From assembly GCA_964391105.1 (NCBI GenBank), contig CAYMKC010000001.1:1-63986 (forward strand): DNA of 63,986 bases, written 5' to 3'. Origin of the DNA: an uncultured Thermoplasmatales archaeon (lineage in GTDB: Archaea > Thermoplasmatota > Thermoplasmata > Thermoplasmatales > GCA-001856825). The translations under genes and the position numbers were made by a program. Under the pieces are notes generated by a model. It made no database searches. It was given only the letters and a program-made list of their open reading frames with translations, and was not told the DNA's origin. Position 1 is the stretch's first letter. Each line of letters begins with the position of its first letter. Positions 1-8,658 of this stretch are shown in pieces.

Positions 1-44
1 AAAGGGGCACGTTTTTCGGCTGTATATATTCCCAGCTTTAGAAT

Positions 45-116
45 GGGCCCGACCGGATTCGAACCGGTGGTCTCCTCCGTGTCAGGGAGACGTCATAGCC
101 GCTAGACCACGAGCCC
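45..116 (-). tRNA. tRNA-Val (anticodon GAC)
   Basis: The reverse complement folds as a 72-nt cloverleaf. Acceptor stem is GGGCUCG/CGGGCCC. Anticodon stem is UCUCC/GGAGG with loop CUGACAC. T arm is ACCGG-UUCGAAU-CCGGU. No CCA is encoded. Confidence 0.9.
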
Positions 117-140
117 TAAGTCTGCAGTATTGCATTAATA

Positions 141-926
141 TTAATTTTTTCTTTGTACTTCGGCTGTGGCGAGCAACATTCCGAAGTATTCTTGCAGGTA
201 GTAATAGTGGAACTTTGGAACAAGTCCTCCTGCCTCCACATACCCTCGAAACATTAGGAGGTTCCAGTAGCTGTCGGGTTTTGCCCCATTCAGATAATCT
301 TCTCTAAGCTTGATCAAATCATCGAATCTATCATTCTTGACAGCATCTATAACCATCCCATCGTATTTCTCTGCTCTTGGATCATAACCATATGGACCGG
401 TCTTCAAATGTGCGTGAGCCTGGTCCGCACTGAAGACAACTGATATGCGCTGGTCTACATTTGAGACCACTTTAAACAACTTCCTTCCCAGTTCAATGAG
501 TTCATTTTTCCTTGACGTTCTCCACTGCCCGAGCATCGATACACGTCTCTCGCCGAAGAAGGTGAGAGGTATGAGCGTTCCAAAATCTACCGGGAATGTT
601 GACAATTTACCCTCTGTCGTTACGAAGTTGGTTTCCACAAACCGCTTGGAGGCCTTGATCAGTCGGGAATTTAGCACCCTATCCGTTTTATAATCGCCGC
701 TAATTGAACTCTTCCCTATCTTGTAACTACCAGAAAGGTACTCCGTGTTAATGACCGGAAGTCCATTTGGGATTCTTAAAGAGTGAGGACTTATGACAAG
801 GACGGTGTCAGAATTGTCCCCTCTTGTTGCGCTAGATATTGCCTGGTTCATCAATTTGCTCTCTGAGTTCGGGATGGACAGTATCTCGTCCCCGTGCGGT
901 ATTATGTATGTCCTTTCAAGAACCAT
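141..926 (-). CDS. LigB-family (class III extradiol dioxygenase subunit B-like) protein
   Basis: 261-aa ORF with LigB-like landmarks: IIPHGDE, VISPHS, FPVDFGTLIPLTFF, FSADQAHAH and C-terminal YFGM. Its start abuts the stop of the upstream Nre gene with no gap. Confidence 0.6.
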   Translation of the reverse strand: MVLERTYIIPHGDEILSIPNSESKLMNQAISSATRGDNSDTVLVISPHSLRIPNGLPVINTEYLSGSYKIGKSSISGDYKTDRVLNSRLIKASKRFVETNFVTTEGKLSTFPVDFGTLIPLTFFGERRVSMLGQWRTSRKNELIELGRKLFKVVSNVDQRISVVFSADQAHAHLKTGPYGYDPRAEKYDGMVIDAVKNDRFDDLIKLREDYLNGAKPDSYWNLLMFRGYVEAGGLVPKFHYYYLQEYFGMLLATAEVQRKN

Positions 927-2156
927 CTAATTCACGTACTCTGTGATTTTCTTTTGACGCTTAACGGTTTGGTACGTCTTGCTTTCCGGTCTGATGTCCA
1001 CCTTTCTTCTGATTCTGATTATTTCGAAAAACTGGTCGATGCTGTCAATGTAATTCATTTCCTTCATTGCCATGCCGACGTTCTCCCTCACCTGCCACAC
1101 TCCGAGGGGGATGGTATAATCGCCGTCTACGAATCTGACCACCAGTATGTTTCCCTTCCTTTCCTTCTTCTTCAGGAATTCGAGAATAGGGAGTCTGGCA
1201 GCAAAAAAAGCTCCAGCTATTTTGGGATTGACCACCATTCGGCCAGGTTTTTCATAGTCTCCCTCAGCGCTGGCCGCTCTAGGCCCGGTCCAGATGGATC
1301 CGTTGTTCCACACTTCGAGCATCTCGTAAGAGTAGTCCCCTGGCAAGATCAGAATGTAGTATTCGTTTCCAATTCTCCTGTAATGAAAATACATGTCCCC
1401 CTCTACGTCCTCGAATTTTCTGACTTGGTCTATTATCTGGTCTGAAAGTATCTTATCTACTGCCGTGATAGACCACCTTGTGGGGACTATTTTTCTGTGT
1501 CGCGTCTTCCCGAGCATGCCCGCAGAAAAGACCTTCTCGATAGTGTAGATTGAGGTCTGTGGGTAAAGCAGTTCTAGGGCTTCAACTGCTTTGAGGTCAG
1601 TGTCGTAATAGATCTTCTCCACCTTTGGGTGAGATGGAGAACTCTCGTGATAGAAATTCTTCGCATACCCTCCAGGACCAAATGGCTGGGATTCTGCTGA
1701 GAGCTCTATCCTTCTGTCCGTTGAGGAGTACTCTATCTCGCTGAAGACCGGGTTGGATGACAGAATAAGGTCGTGGAGCTCAAGAAGATAATTGTTGGGA
1801 TCGGAAGGGGAAGTAATTGGAAGAACTTTGTATCCTCTATAGAGAGAAAAGCGAAGCTTCGCGATCTCTTCCACAGACAAGTTCCCCCACTGGTCTGGTC
1901 TCTCGTAAATCTCGGTGCCCCCTCTCCCGACAGGGAGAGCCGGTCCGATCCTGACTTTTGGATATCCGTAGTGTCCCACAAAAACCGAAGGGGGGCTGTC
2001 GCCCGCAACGTCGTTTAGATTGACAGCCATCCCCTGAGTGAGATATACTTTCGTAACGATCGGGCAGGCAGACTTCCCGCAGAGGAGTTTGGCTCCCTTG
2101 CATCGAATGCAGAGGCTTACAGGTATCTTCTTGATCTCTTCGTCTAGGTTCATCAT
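927..2156 (-). CDS. Nre-family DNA repair protein (archaeal NreA/NreB-like)
   Basis: 409 aa. N-terminal Cys-rich motif CIRCKGAKLLCGKSACP is typical of the Nre family. The C-terminus carries a PIP-like box, QKKITEYV. Confidence 0.8.
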   Translation of the reverse strand: MMNLDEEIKKIPVSLCIRCKGAKLLCGKSACPIVTKVYLTQGMAVNLNDVAGDSPPSVFVGHYGYPKVRIGPALPVGRGGTEIYERPDQWGNLSVEEIAKLRFSLYRGYKVLPITSPSDPNNYLLELHDLILSSNPVFSEIEYSSTDRRIELSAESQPFGPGGYAKNFYHESSPSHPKVEKIYYDTDLKAVEALELLYPQTSIYTIEKVFSAGMLGKTRHRKIVPTRWSITAVDKILSDQIIDQVRKFEDVEGDMYFHYRRIGNEYYILILPGDYSYEMLEVWNNGSIWTGPRAASAEGDYEKPGRMVVNPKIAGAFFAARLPILEFLKKKERKGNILVVRFVDGDYTIPLGVWQVRENVGMAMKEMNYIDSIDQFFEIIRIRRKVDIRPESKTYQTVKRQKKITEYVN

Positions 2157-2326
2157 TCTGGCGGCAGGAGATTGGGTATACCTTCATCGATCGGATACTT
2201 GCTGTGGCACTTGACACACTCCAGAATACCTTCCACGATATCGTCGCCTTCCACTTTCTTGATCGTAAGAGTAAGGTCTTCCTTACAGACGGGACAGCAG
2301 ATTATGTCCAGAAGATCCTTTTTCAT
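2153..2326 (-). CDS. Trm112-like small zinc-ribbon protein (not in the ORF track, 57 aa)
   Basis: My own translation is MKKDLLDIICCPVCKEDLTLTIKKVEGDDIVEGILECVKCHSKYPIDEGIPNLLPPE. It has the CPxC...CxxC pattern and the YPIxxGIPxLL ending characteristic of Trm112/DUF343. Its stop overlaps the Nre start (ATGA). Confidence 0.75.
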   Translation of the reverse strand: MKKDLLDIICCPVCKEDLTLTIKKVEGDDIVEGILECVKCHSKYPIDEGIPNLLPPE

Positions 2327-2385
2327 GTCTGATAAACGGTTTGACCAATTAATAGGTTGCGCAAACCCGTTTTGAATGTGGCGCG

Positions 2386-3039
2386 TTACTTTATTCCGTA
2401 AACGATCGCGGCAGACGGAGAAACGAACCTCTTTATCTTGACGTCTCTGAAGCCCATCTCTTTCATCTCGTTCGCAACTATTTCCGGAGTCTTGAAATTC
2501 TTTACCGTCATCGCAAGATAGTTATAAGATTCTGAAGATGAAACGAGTCTTGCGATCCGCGGCAGGAGTCTGTAAAAGTAAAGTGAAAAGAATTGTGATA
2601 AACCCTTCCTCTTTTCGGGGAAGGCGTCAAGGTTAGCCATCATACCTCCTTCCTTTAGAGTCCTGTATCCCTCTCGAAAATAGTCCTGAGTCGATGGGAG
2701 ATTCCTGAGAACGAAAGAGGAAATCATTGCGTCGAAAACTCCCATTTTCAAAGGCATGTCGGTCGCAGATGCAAGCAAAAGTCTCCCCTTGTTCTTGTTC
2801 AGAGCTATCATCTCCCTTGTCACGTCCAACCCTATGAAATCTCCCTTGAACCCAACGAGGCTCTCGAGCTTACCCGTACCTGTACCGACGTCCAAGATCA
2901 TTCCAGTGCCCGGAACCAATCTCAAAAGGGTAAGCCGCCAGAACACGTCCATACCTAGGGACATGTAGGTATTCATCCTGTCGTATATGAAAGGAATCTC
3001 CTTGAATACCTGCTTCACTTTTTCGACTTCTGGCATCAA
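2386..3039 (-). CDS. ubiE: UbiE/MenG-family (demethyl)menaquinone C-methyltransferase
   Basis: The UbiE signature is recognisable as IYDRMNTYMSLGMDVFWR (YDxMNxxxSxGxxxxWR). The class I SAM-binding motif is ILDVGTGTG. Confidence 0.8.
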   Translation of the reverse strand: MMPEVEKVKQVFKEIPFIYDRMNTYMSLGMDVFWRLTLLRLVPGTGMILDVGTGTGKLESLVGFKGDFIGLDVTREMIALNKNKGRLLLASATDMPLKMGVFDAMISSFVLRNLPSTQDYFREGYRTLKEGGMMANLDAFPEKRKGLSQFFSLYFYRLLPRIARLVSSSESYNYLAMTVKNFKTPEIVANEMKEMGFRDVKIKRFVSPSAAIVYGIK

Positions 3040-3077
3040 TTCATGAAAGTATTTATTCTATTATACCTTGTTGAGTC

Positions 3078-3734
3078 GTGAGCGGGCCAGTAATCAGCTT
3101 AGGCGGATCCATATTTTCCAAGGCTGACGAAAAATATCTCATGGAGTTCATCGAGAGGATCAAGAAAGAGGGAGAGTATGCACTAGTTGTCGGGGGAGGA
3201 CCCATTGCGAGGGAAGAGATTTCCAAACTCAGGAACCTTGGCGCTAAGGAGTATTACTTGGATATGATGGGAATACAGGCTACACGCCTAAATGCGACAA
3301 TGGTATCGCTGGCACTTGGCAACCTGATGGAAATTCCTAGATCCATCGACGAGGCCGTCAGGCAGATGAAGCTCTACAAGAGAGTGATCATGGGAGGAAC
3401 AGAGCCAGGTCACACAACTGATGCAGTCACCCTCCTGTTGGCAGAAGCCATAAGCAGGGATACTGTGGTGAACGTAACGAACATCGATTATCTGTACGAC
3501 CGCGACCCTAAGATCAAGGGAGCTAAGAGGATCGAGAGACTGTCCTATTCTCAGGCCGTTCACCTTGCGAGTTCCGAGACGAGAGGAGCGGGGCAAAACT
3601 TCCCCCTGGATATACTGTCCCTGAACATTGCAAGAAGGAGCGGCATAAAGGTTAAGATTGTCTCTTTCCGAGATCCACAGAATGCCTTCGATGCGATCAA
3701 GGGAAAGAAGTTCAAGGGGACTACTGTTTCCTAA
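3078..3734 (+). CDS. pyrH: UMP kinase, archaeal type
   Basis: Amino-acid kinase fold with ISLGGS, VVGGGPIARE and GGTEPGHTTD. GTG start. Confidence 0.9.
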   Translation: MSGPVISLGGSIFSKADEKYLMEFIERIKKEGEYALVVGGGPIAREEISKLRNLGAKEYYLDMMGIQATRLNATMVSLALGNLMEIPRSIDEAVRQMKLYKRVIMGGTEPGHTTDAVTLLLAEAISRDTVVNVTNIDYLYDRDPKIKGAKRIERLSYSQAVHLASSETRGAGQNFPLDILSLNIARRSGIKVKIVSFRDPQNAFDAIKGKKFKGTTVS

Positions 3735-3767
3735 CAAGTTGGCTAAAAATGAGCAGAAGTCGCTCTA

Positions 3768-4601
3768 TCAACGGGCGACAAATACCGAGACAATTATTAG
3801 AACCGTGAAGAGGAAGTGTATAGCGACCGAATAATTTGTCTGCCTCGCGATCTTGAGGGGTGATCTGGGTAGATACACCACGTGAACGAGCGAGGCTATG
3901 AAGACAATTATGGCGGCAATCACCAGGTTATCGGAAACGGAAATCATGATAGATGCTGTAACTAGCATGATGGGGTAGACGGTTCTGAAGTGTCGGATCC
4001 TTCTCCCTCCTTCCCTGTCTTCAGGTAGGTGATGAAGATACCTGATCGACGAAGCTAACACTCCCAAGCTGAGGGACACAAGTACATCGGTCAGCGATAT
4101 GCTCTGATTCAATGCTATAATCGTTCCCAAGACCGGAAATGGACCAAATGAGAAGAAGGTTGAAATCTCCCCAATCCCCCTGGTACCCAGTCTTATTGGG
4201 GGCAAAACGTAGAGCAGCGATAGGAATACCGCTGTTAGTCCCAGACCCAGTAGGAGGAGACTTCCTGTCAGGTATACCACGAGGAGACCAACTACTACCG
4301 CTATGGATATCATCAAAATGAAAGTGAACCTAATCAGTTTCGGATTAACCCCCATTTTTTCTATGAAATAAGAACCGAGGGGGAAGAGGGTATCTTCGTT
4401 TCTCAGGAACCGGCCGCTCGAATGATCAAAAAAGTCCATTGCGAGATTCATCCCGGCCTGCATAGAAACTGTGACAACCAAGAGCATGAGGACGAGGTAC
4501 GAAGTCCTGAATTGCGATAATGCCCAGCCGATAAGGATCGGGCTGATGCTGGTGAAGTAGATGGGTGCCTTCAGGCCCTTTATGAGGTCACTCGCCTTCA
4601 T
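3768..4601 (-). CDS. menA: UbiA-family prenyltransferase, MenA-like (1,4-dihydroxy-2-naphthoate polyprenyltransferase)
   Basis: 277-aa polytopic membrane protein with the Asp-rich motif NLAMDFFD. It lies near the UbiE/MenG gene. Confidence 0.65.
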   Translation of the reverse strand: MKASDLIKGLKAPIYFTSISPILIGWALSQFRTSYLVLMLLVVTVSMQAGMNLAMDFFDHSSGRFLRNEDTLFPLGSYFIEKMGVNPKLIRFTFILMISIAVVVGLLVVYLTGSLLLLGLGLTAVFLSLLYVLPPIRLGTRGIGEISTFFSFGPFPVLGTIIALNQSISLTDVLVSLSLGVLASSIRYLHHLPEDREGGRRIRHFRTVYPIMLVTASIMISVSDNLVIAAIIVFIASLVHVVYLPRSPLKIARQTNYSVAIHFLFTVLIIVSVFVAR

Positions 4602-4670
4602 GTTCAGGACCTATCCCCTGACTTTATAATTAAGTTTTTATCAAAAATTAGGGTGCGGGCAATACCGGAG

Positions 4671-6353
4671 TCACTTTCTTGAAGAATGGAGGTACCTGTA
4701 TATCATGAATATGAGTTTCTTCTCGCTCATAGTTGAAGATCCCCACATAATCTGTTTTTTTAAAACGGTGTACTTGTCTCCGCAGGTTCTGATGAGAGCT
4801 TCCCCCTTGGCCATCATTCCGTAATCTCCCACCCTCGAGAGTCTCACGGCGAGCCTACTACTTTCTAGCACGTGATGCGACCTCAGATATTCTTCACCGT
4901 CTATGTAACCAAGCTCTTGCTTTTCCTTCAGGAGTGTATCGATGGCATCGTATGTGGTTTCAACTATAGTCTTCCTGTCCATCCAGTTCGTTTCGTAGTT
5001 CAAAAAGTCCTCCCATGTCCTTCCTTCGTCGAGTCCCCTGTAGTGTTCCATCATTGTCCTGAACCTCAGCTTGTATCCCATCGCTGGGTTCTCAAAAGAC
5101 TTTGAACCCGGATCAAGGAAAGGCGAAAGTGGTGAAGTGAAAACGAACAATCTCTTGTCCTTGTTGTTTGATACCATAAGGCGTTTTGCATACTTCACAT
5201 CGTCCATCACGTCGTCTCTGGTTTGTCCACTGAGCCCAACAATGAAATAGACGTCCATCTTCTTCCCGCCCAGGTCCAAGAAGTCGTGGACGAATTTCTC
5301 CAATTCCTTGTTTCCGTATGGTCTGCCATTCTTGAATCTAATGTTATCGTTGGAGGAGTCTGGAGAGATCTCCATAGAAACGTCCCAGGTTGCATCCATA
5401 AGTTTCTTCACTCGCTCCTTCGGGTGGGGGACGAAAACCTCCATCAGTAGGGGGATGTCCATTCCCTCCTTCTTCAAGTTGTCAAATATGTAGTCAATCT
5501 CCTTATCCGACCTCATTAGGAGATCTCCCGCGATGAACACCGGAATCTTCAGGTCATCGTTGATTCTCATGATGTCTTCAACAATTCTCTTTGACGATCT
5601 GTATAGCGGACCACGTCTCTGATAAAAATTCTTGAACGTAAAGTAGGAGCCGCCGCAGATTCCGCAACTGTACGCACAGCCGTGCGTAGATAGCACCATC
5701 GCGACTGGTTCCTTCATCCAGTCACAGTAGGGGAGGTGCCCAGATATGTCCATGGTCTTTATGGAGCTGCGTATTATCTGTGAATAATCAAATTCCTGGT
5801 AGTCCATATCGGGAGTGAAGGTGAAACCATTGTCCTTCACCTTTCCATCTTCTCTGTAGATCGCGTTAGGAATGTTCTCCATCTTCTTTCCTGCTAGCAC
5901 CATTTCCATCGGCTGTTCGGTGGTATCTCCCCGGATAACCAGATCGACATCTTTCACCCTGGACATTATTTCGGTTGCGTAGTACGTTGCAGAGAATCCC
6001 CCCAGCATGACCTTAATATCGGGCCTCTCCTCTTTTATTATCCTGGCGAGGTTCAAGGCGCCATGGACGTGAGGAAGCCAGTGAAGGTCTATCCCTATGT
6101 ATTCTGTGTCGAGCTTCAGCAGTTCCTCGTTGAAATTGTACCTCTTAGAGCCCAGCATTTTTAGAGCTACGTTGTCTATCCTGGCCCTATAACCCCTTGA
6201 GTTAAGGTACGAGAGGATGGCAAGAAACCCTATGGGATACATCTCAAATACGCCAGTGCTTGGGACCAGTTCAGAGATTGGACCTGCGACAATTTCCCTC
6301 TTCCTGAAATCGTATATCGAAGGAGGGTGCATCAGCACGAGGTCGTATTTCAC
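4671..6353 (-). CDS. B12-binding-domain radical SAM protein (class B), function unknown
   Basis: 560 aa. The N-terminal region looks like a cobalamin-binding domain. The CX3CX2C cluster motif is in HGCAYSCGICGG. Confidence 0.85.
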   Translation of the reverse strand: MKYDLVLMHPPSIYDFRKREIVAGPISELVPSTGVFEMYPIGFLAILSYLNSRGYRARIDNVALKMLGSKRYNFNEELLKLDTEYIGIDLHWLPHVHGALNLARIIKEERPDIKVMLGGFSATYYATEIMSRVKDVDLVIRGDTTEQPMEMVLAGKKMENIPNAIYREDGKVKDNGFTFTPDMDYQEFDYSQIIRSSIKTMDISGHLPYCDWMKEPVAMVLSTHGCAYSCGICGGSYFTFKNFYQRRGPLYRSSKRIVEDIMRINDDLKIPVFIAGDLLMRSDKEIDYIFDNLKKEGMDIPLLMEVFVPHPKERVKKLMDATWDVSMEISPDSSNDNIRFKNGRPYGNKELEKFVHDFLDLGGKKMDVYFIVGLSGQTRDDVMDDVKYAKRLMVSNNKDKRLFVFTSPLSPFLDPGSKSFENPAMGYKLRFRTMMEHYRGLDEGRTWEDFLNYETNWMDRKTIVETTYDAIDTLLKEKQELGYIDGEEYLRSHHVLESSRLAVRLSRVGDYGMMAKGEALIRTCGDKYTVLKKQIMWGSSTMSEKKLIFMIYRYLHSSRK

Positions 6354-6441
6354 AAATTGGTAAGCGCAAACGGGAATATAACTGATTTGAAATGTGCGAA
6401 AAAAGATTAATCTTCATAGTTAATCCACTATAGGTGATAAT

Positions 6442-7557
6442 GTGAGGATACTTGTTCTCGGAGGAGGGATGGTCGGCCAGGGAATTTCATACGCACTTAA
6501 AGGTGAGAACGAGGTCACGATAGCCGACTATAGCCCAGAAAAACTCCAACGACTTAAGAAGGAACTGGGAGTAAACGTTCTCAAAGTGGATGCCTTCAAA
6601 GATCCGCTAGCCCCGGTTATGAAGAATTTCGATGTGGTGTCAGGTGCACTTCCAGGCAGACTCGGGATGAAGGTCATAAAGGAAGCGTGCAAGGCGGGCG
6701 TCAACCTGGTGGACAACAGCTTCATGGAGGAGGACTTCTACGATCTCGAAAAGGACGCGCTGAATGCGGGAATAACTGTTGTTCCGGATGCTGGTATTGC
6801 ACCGGGTCTATCCAATGCGATCGTTGGAAGGATCGCTGCAGATCACGAAAGCCTAGAGAGTGTGGATATAAAGGTCGGTGGACTGCCCGAGAAGAACATA
6901 CCTCCAATAGGATACAAGGTCGTTTTCTCCGCAATCGACACGCTTGATGAATTCACGCGAAAGGTGCAGATAGTCAGGGACGGGAAACTCACTGATACCG
7001 AACCGGGCGATGGTCTGGAGTACTTCTTCGTTAATGGGATTGGTTCACTGGAAGCTTTCTACACGAACGGTTTAAGATCACTACTGCGAAACATAAAGGC
7101 CAGGAACATGGTGGAGAAAACGGTCAGGTACAGGGGACACATTGAAAAAATGAAATTTCTTAAGGACCTTGGGCTCCTCGACGAAGCAAAGATAGATCTG
7201 AACGGAAAGGGGGTAGTACCAAAGGAGGTCCTGGCATCATTGTTCCTCAAGAACCTGAGCTTCCCGGATATCCCCGACATACTCTATATGGAAATCAGGG
7301 TGCTTCCATCAAACAGCAATCAGGAGATAGTCTACACCGTTTTTGACAAACAGGACTCAAAAACTGGGTATTCCGCAATGACCAGAACCACGGGCTTCAC
7401 AAACGCTGCCTTCACCAGATTGATGACCAAGGGGCTGATAGAGGAGAAGGGTATAGTTCCACCGGAGGTCGTAGGGAAGAACAGGAAGAGTTTCGATGAA
7501 GTCGTCAACTTCCTGGGAAAGATGGGGGTACTAGTTTCGGGTCCAAAGAATCATTGA
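6442..7557 (+). CDS. Saccharopine dehydrogenase-family NAD(P)-dependent oxidoreductase
   Basis: N-terminal Rossmann motif ILVLGGGMVGQG and family-typical GIAPGLSN. GTG start. Confidence 0.75.
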   Translation: MRILVLGGGMVGQGISYALKGENEVTIADYSPEKLQRLKKELGVNVLKVDAFKDPLAPVMKNFDVVSGALPGRLGMKVIKEACKAGVNLVDNSFMEEDFYDLEKDALNAGITVVPDAGIAPGLSNAIVGRIAADHESLESVDIKVGGLPEKNIPPIGYKVVFSAIDTLDEFTRKVQIVRDGKLTDTEPGDGLEYFFVNGIGSLEAFYTNGLRSLLRNIKARNMVEKTVRYRGHIEKMKFLKDLGLLDEAKIDLNGKGVVPKEVLASLFLKNLSFPDIPDILYMEIRVLPSNSNQEIVYTVFDKQDSKTGYSAMTRTTGFTNAAFTRLMTKGLIEEKGIVPPEVVGKNRKSFDEVVNFLGKMGVLVSGPKNH

Positions 7558-8204
7558 TGAAAGCAATATCTCTCCTCTCGGGTGGGAAGGACTCCTTCCT
7601 AAGCCTGCTCATATCGCTATCCATTGGCATGGACGTGGAGCGAACGATCACAGTTAAAGCCGAACAGGACTCCTACATGTTCCACTTCCCTAATGCAGAG
7701 ATTGGAAGCAAACTGTCGGAGTCGCTAGGCATAGAAAATTCGCTGATCATGGAGTCCGAATTCACCGAAACCGTTTCTCGTTATCCTGGATACTTCCTCA
7801 TCGCTGGAGCCGTAGAATCCGAGTTCCAAAAGACCAGACTGGAGGCTCTGTGCGACGAGTTCGGGCTAAAGACATTCTTCCCGCTGTGGAGGAAGAACCA
7901 GGAGTTGATTATTCGAGACTTCATTTCGTCGGGAGCTAGGGGGATCTTTGTCGCTGTTGCAGCGGAAGGGCTCGGAGTTGAATTGTTGGGTAGGGCGATA
8001 GATGAAGAAGCTCTGGAGATCCTGAAGGAGGTACGGAAGAAGTATGGCATCTCAATTATAGGAGAAGGGGGAGAATACGAATCACTTGTGACATGCAGTC
8101 CGTATGCAAGAAAGTGCCTGAGAATAACTGAGACGGAGGTTGTCGATAGAGGAATACAGAAGAATCTGAAGATAAAGGGATATGAAATTGTCAATCCCTT
8201 ATGA
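7557..8204 (+). CDS. Diphthine-ammonia ligase-like PP-loop ATPase (Dph6/MJ0570 family)
   Basis: PP-loop SLLSGGKDS at the N-terminus and GEGGEYES near the C-terminus. The ATG at 7557 overlaps the upstream stop (TGATG). The ORF track begins at the TTG at 7554. Confidence 0.75.
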   Translation: MKAISLLSGGKDSFLSLLISLSIGMDVERTITVKAEQDSYMFHFPNAEIGSKLSESLGIENSLIMESEFTETVSRYPGYFLIAGAVESEFQKTRLEALCDEFGLKTFFPLWRKNQELIIRDFISSGARGIFVAVAAEGLGVELLGRAIDEEALEILKEVRKKYGISIIGEGGEYESLVTCSPYARKCLRITETEVVDRGIQKNLKIKGYEIVNPL

Positions 8205-8658
8205 AGTGAGAAACACCCGAAGGGTCGTCCATGGTGACAGTAAATTTTAACTTGCCCTCAATGGCGGCAGCAATCTTTTCCTCGATTTCCTTGACCTTCT
8301 CCCTGTCATCAAACAGGGGCATAAGTTTGAGGAACCTGTTCAAGAGACCCTCGACGTTCGTAACAAAAGACTCGGCCAATGGACCCGGATAGAGTTCGAG
8401 TCCAAGTTCTGGAATGAGAACGGTGCCGCCGCTACCCCTCACGATCTTTGTGTCAAGATCGTTCCTGTTTCTGATCTCTATCTTGTCCTCACGTGGATGA
8501 TCTCCCTGGAACGCAAAGTCGTTTATTCTATATCCGCACTTGTTGCATCTCATGAAATAGTGAATGACCTTTCCAAAGTGTGGAACATCCAGTTCGTCCG
8601 TTCCCCTCTCAAGATCACCCGCTGAGCAAGCGGGGCATCTCAGATCTGGTTCATCCAT
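8191..8658 (-). CDS. ZPR1-type zinc finger protein
   Basis: CPACS...CNKCGYR zinc ribbon followed by a ZPR1-like beta domain. I prefer the internal start MDEPDLRCP at 8658, because the longer ORF would overlap fni by 79 nt. Confidence 0.75.
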   Translation of the reverse strand: MDEPDLRCPACSAGDLERGTDELDVPHFGKVIHYFMRCNKCGYRINDFAFQGDHPREDKIEIRNRNDLDTKIVRGSGGTVLIPELGLELYPGPLAESFVTNVEGLLNRFLKLMPLFDDREKVKEIEEKIAAAIEGKLKFTVTMDDPSGVSHFIRD

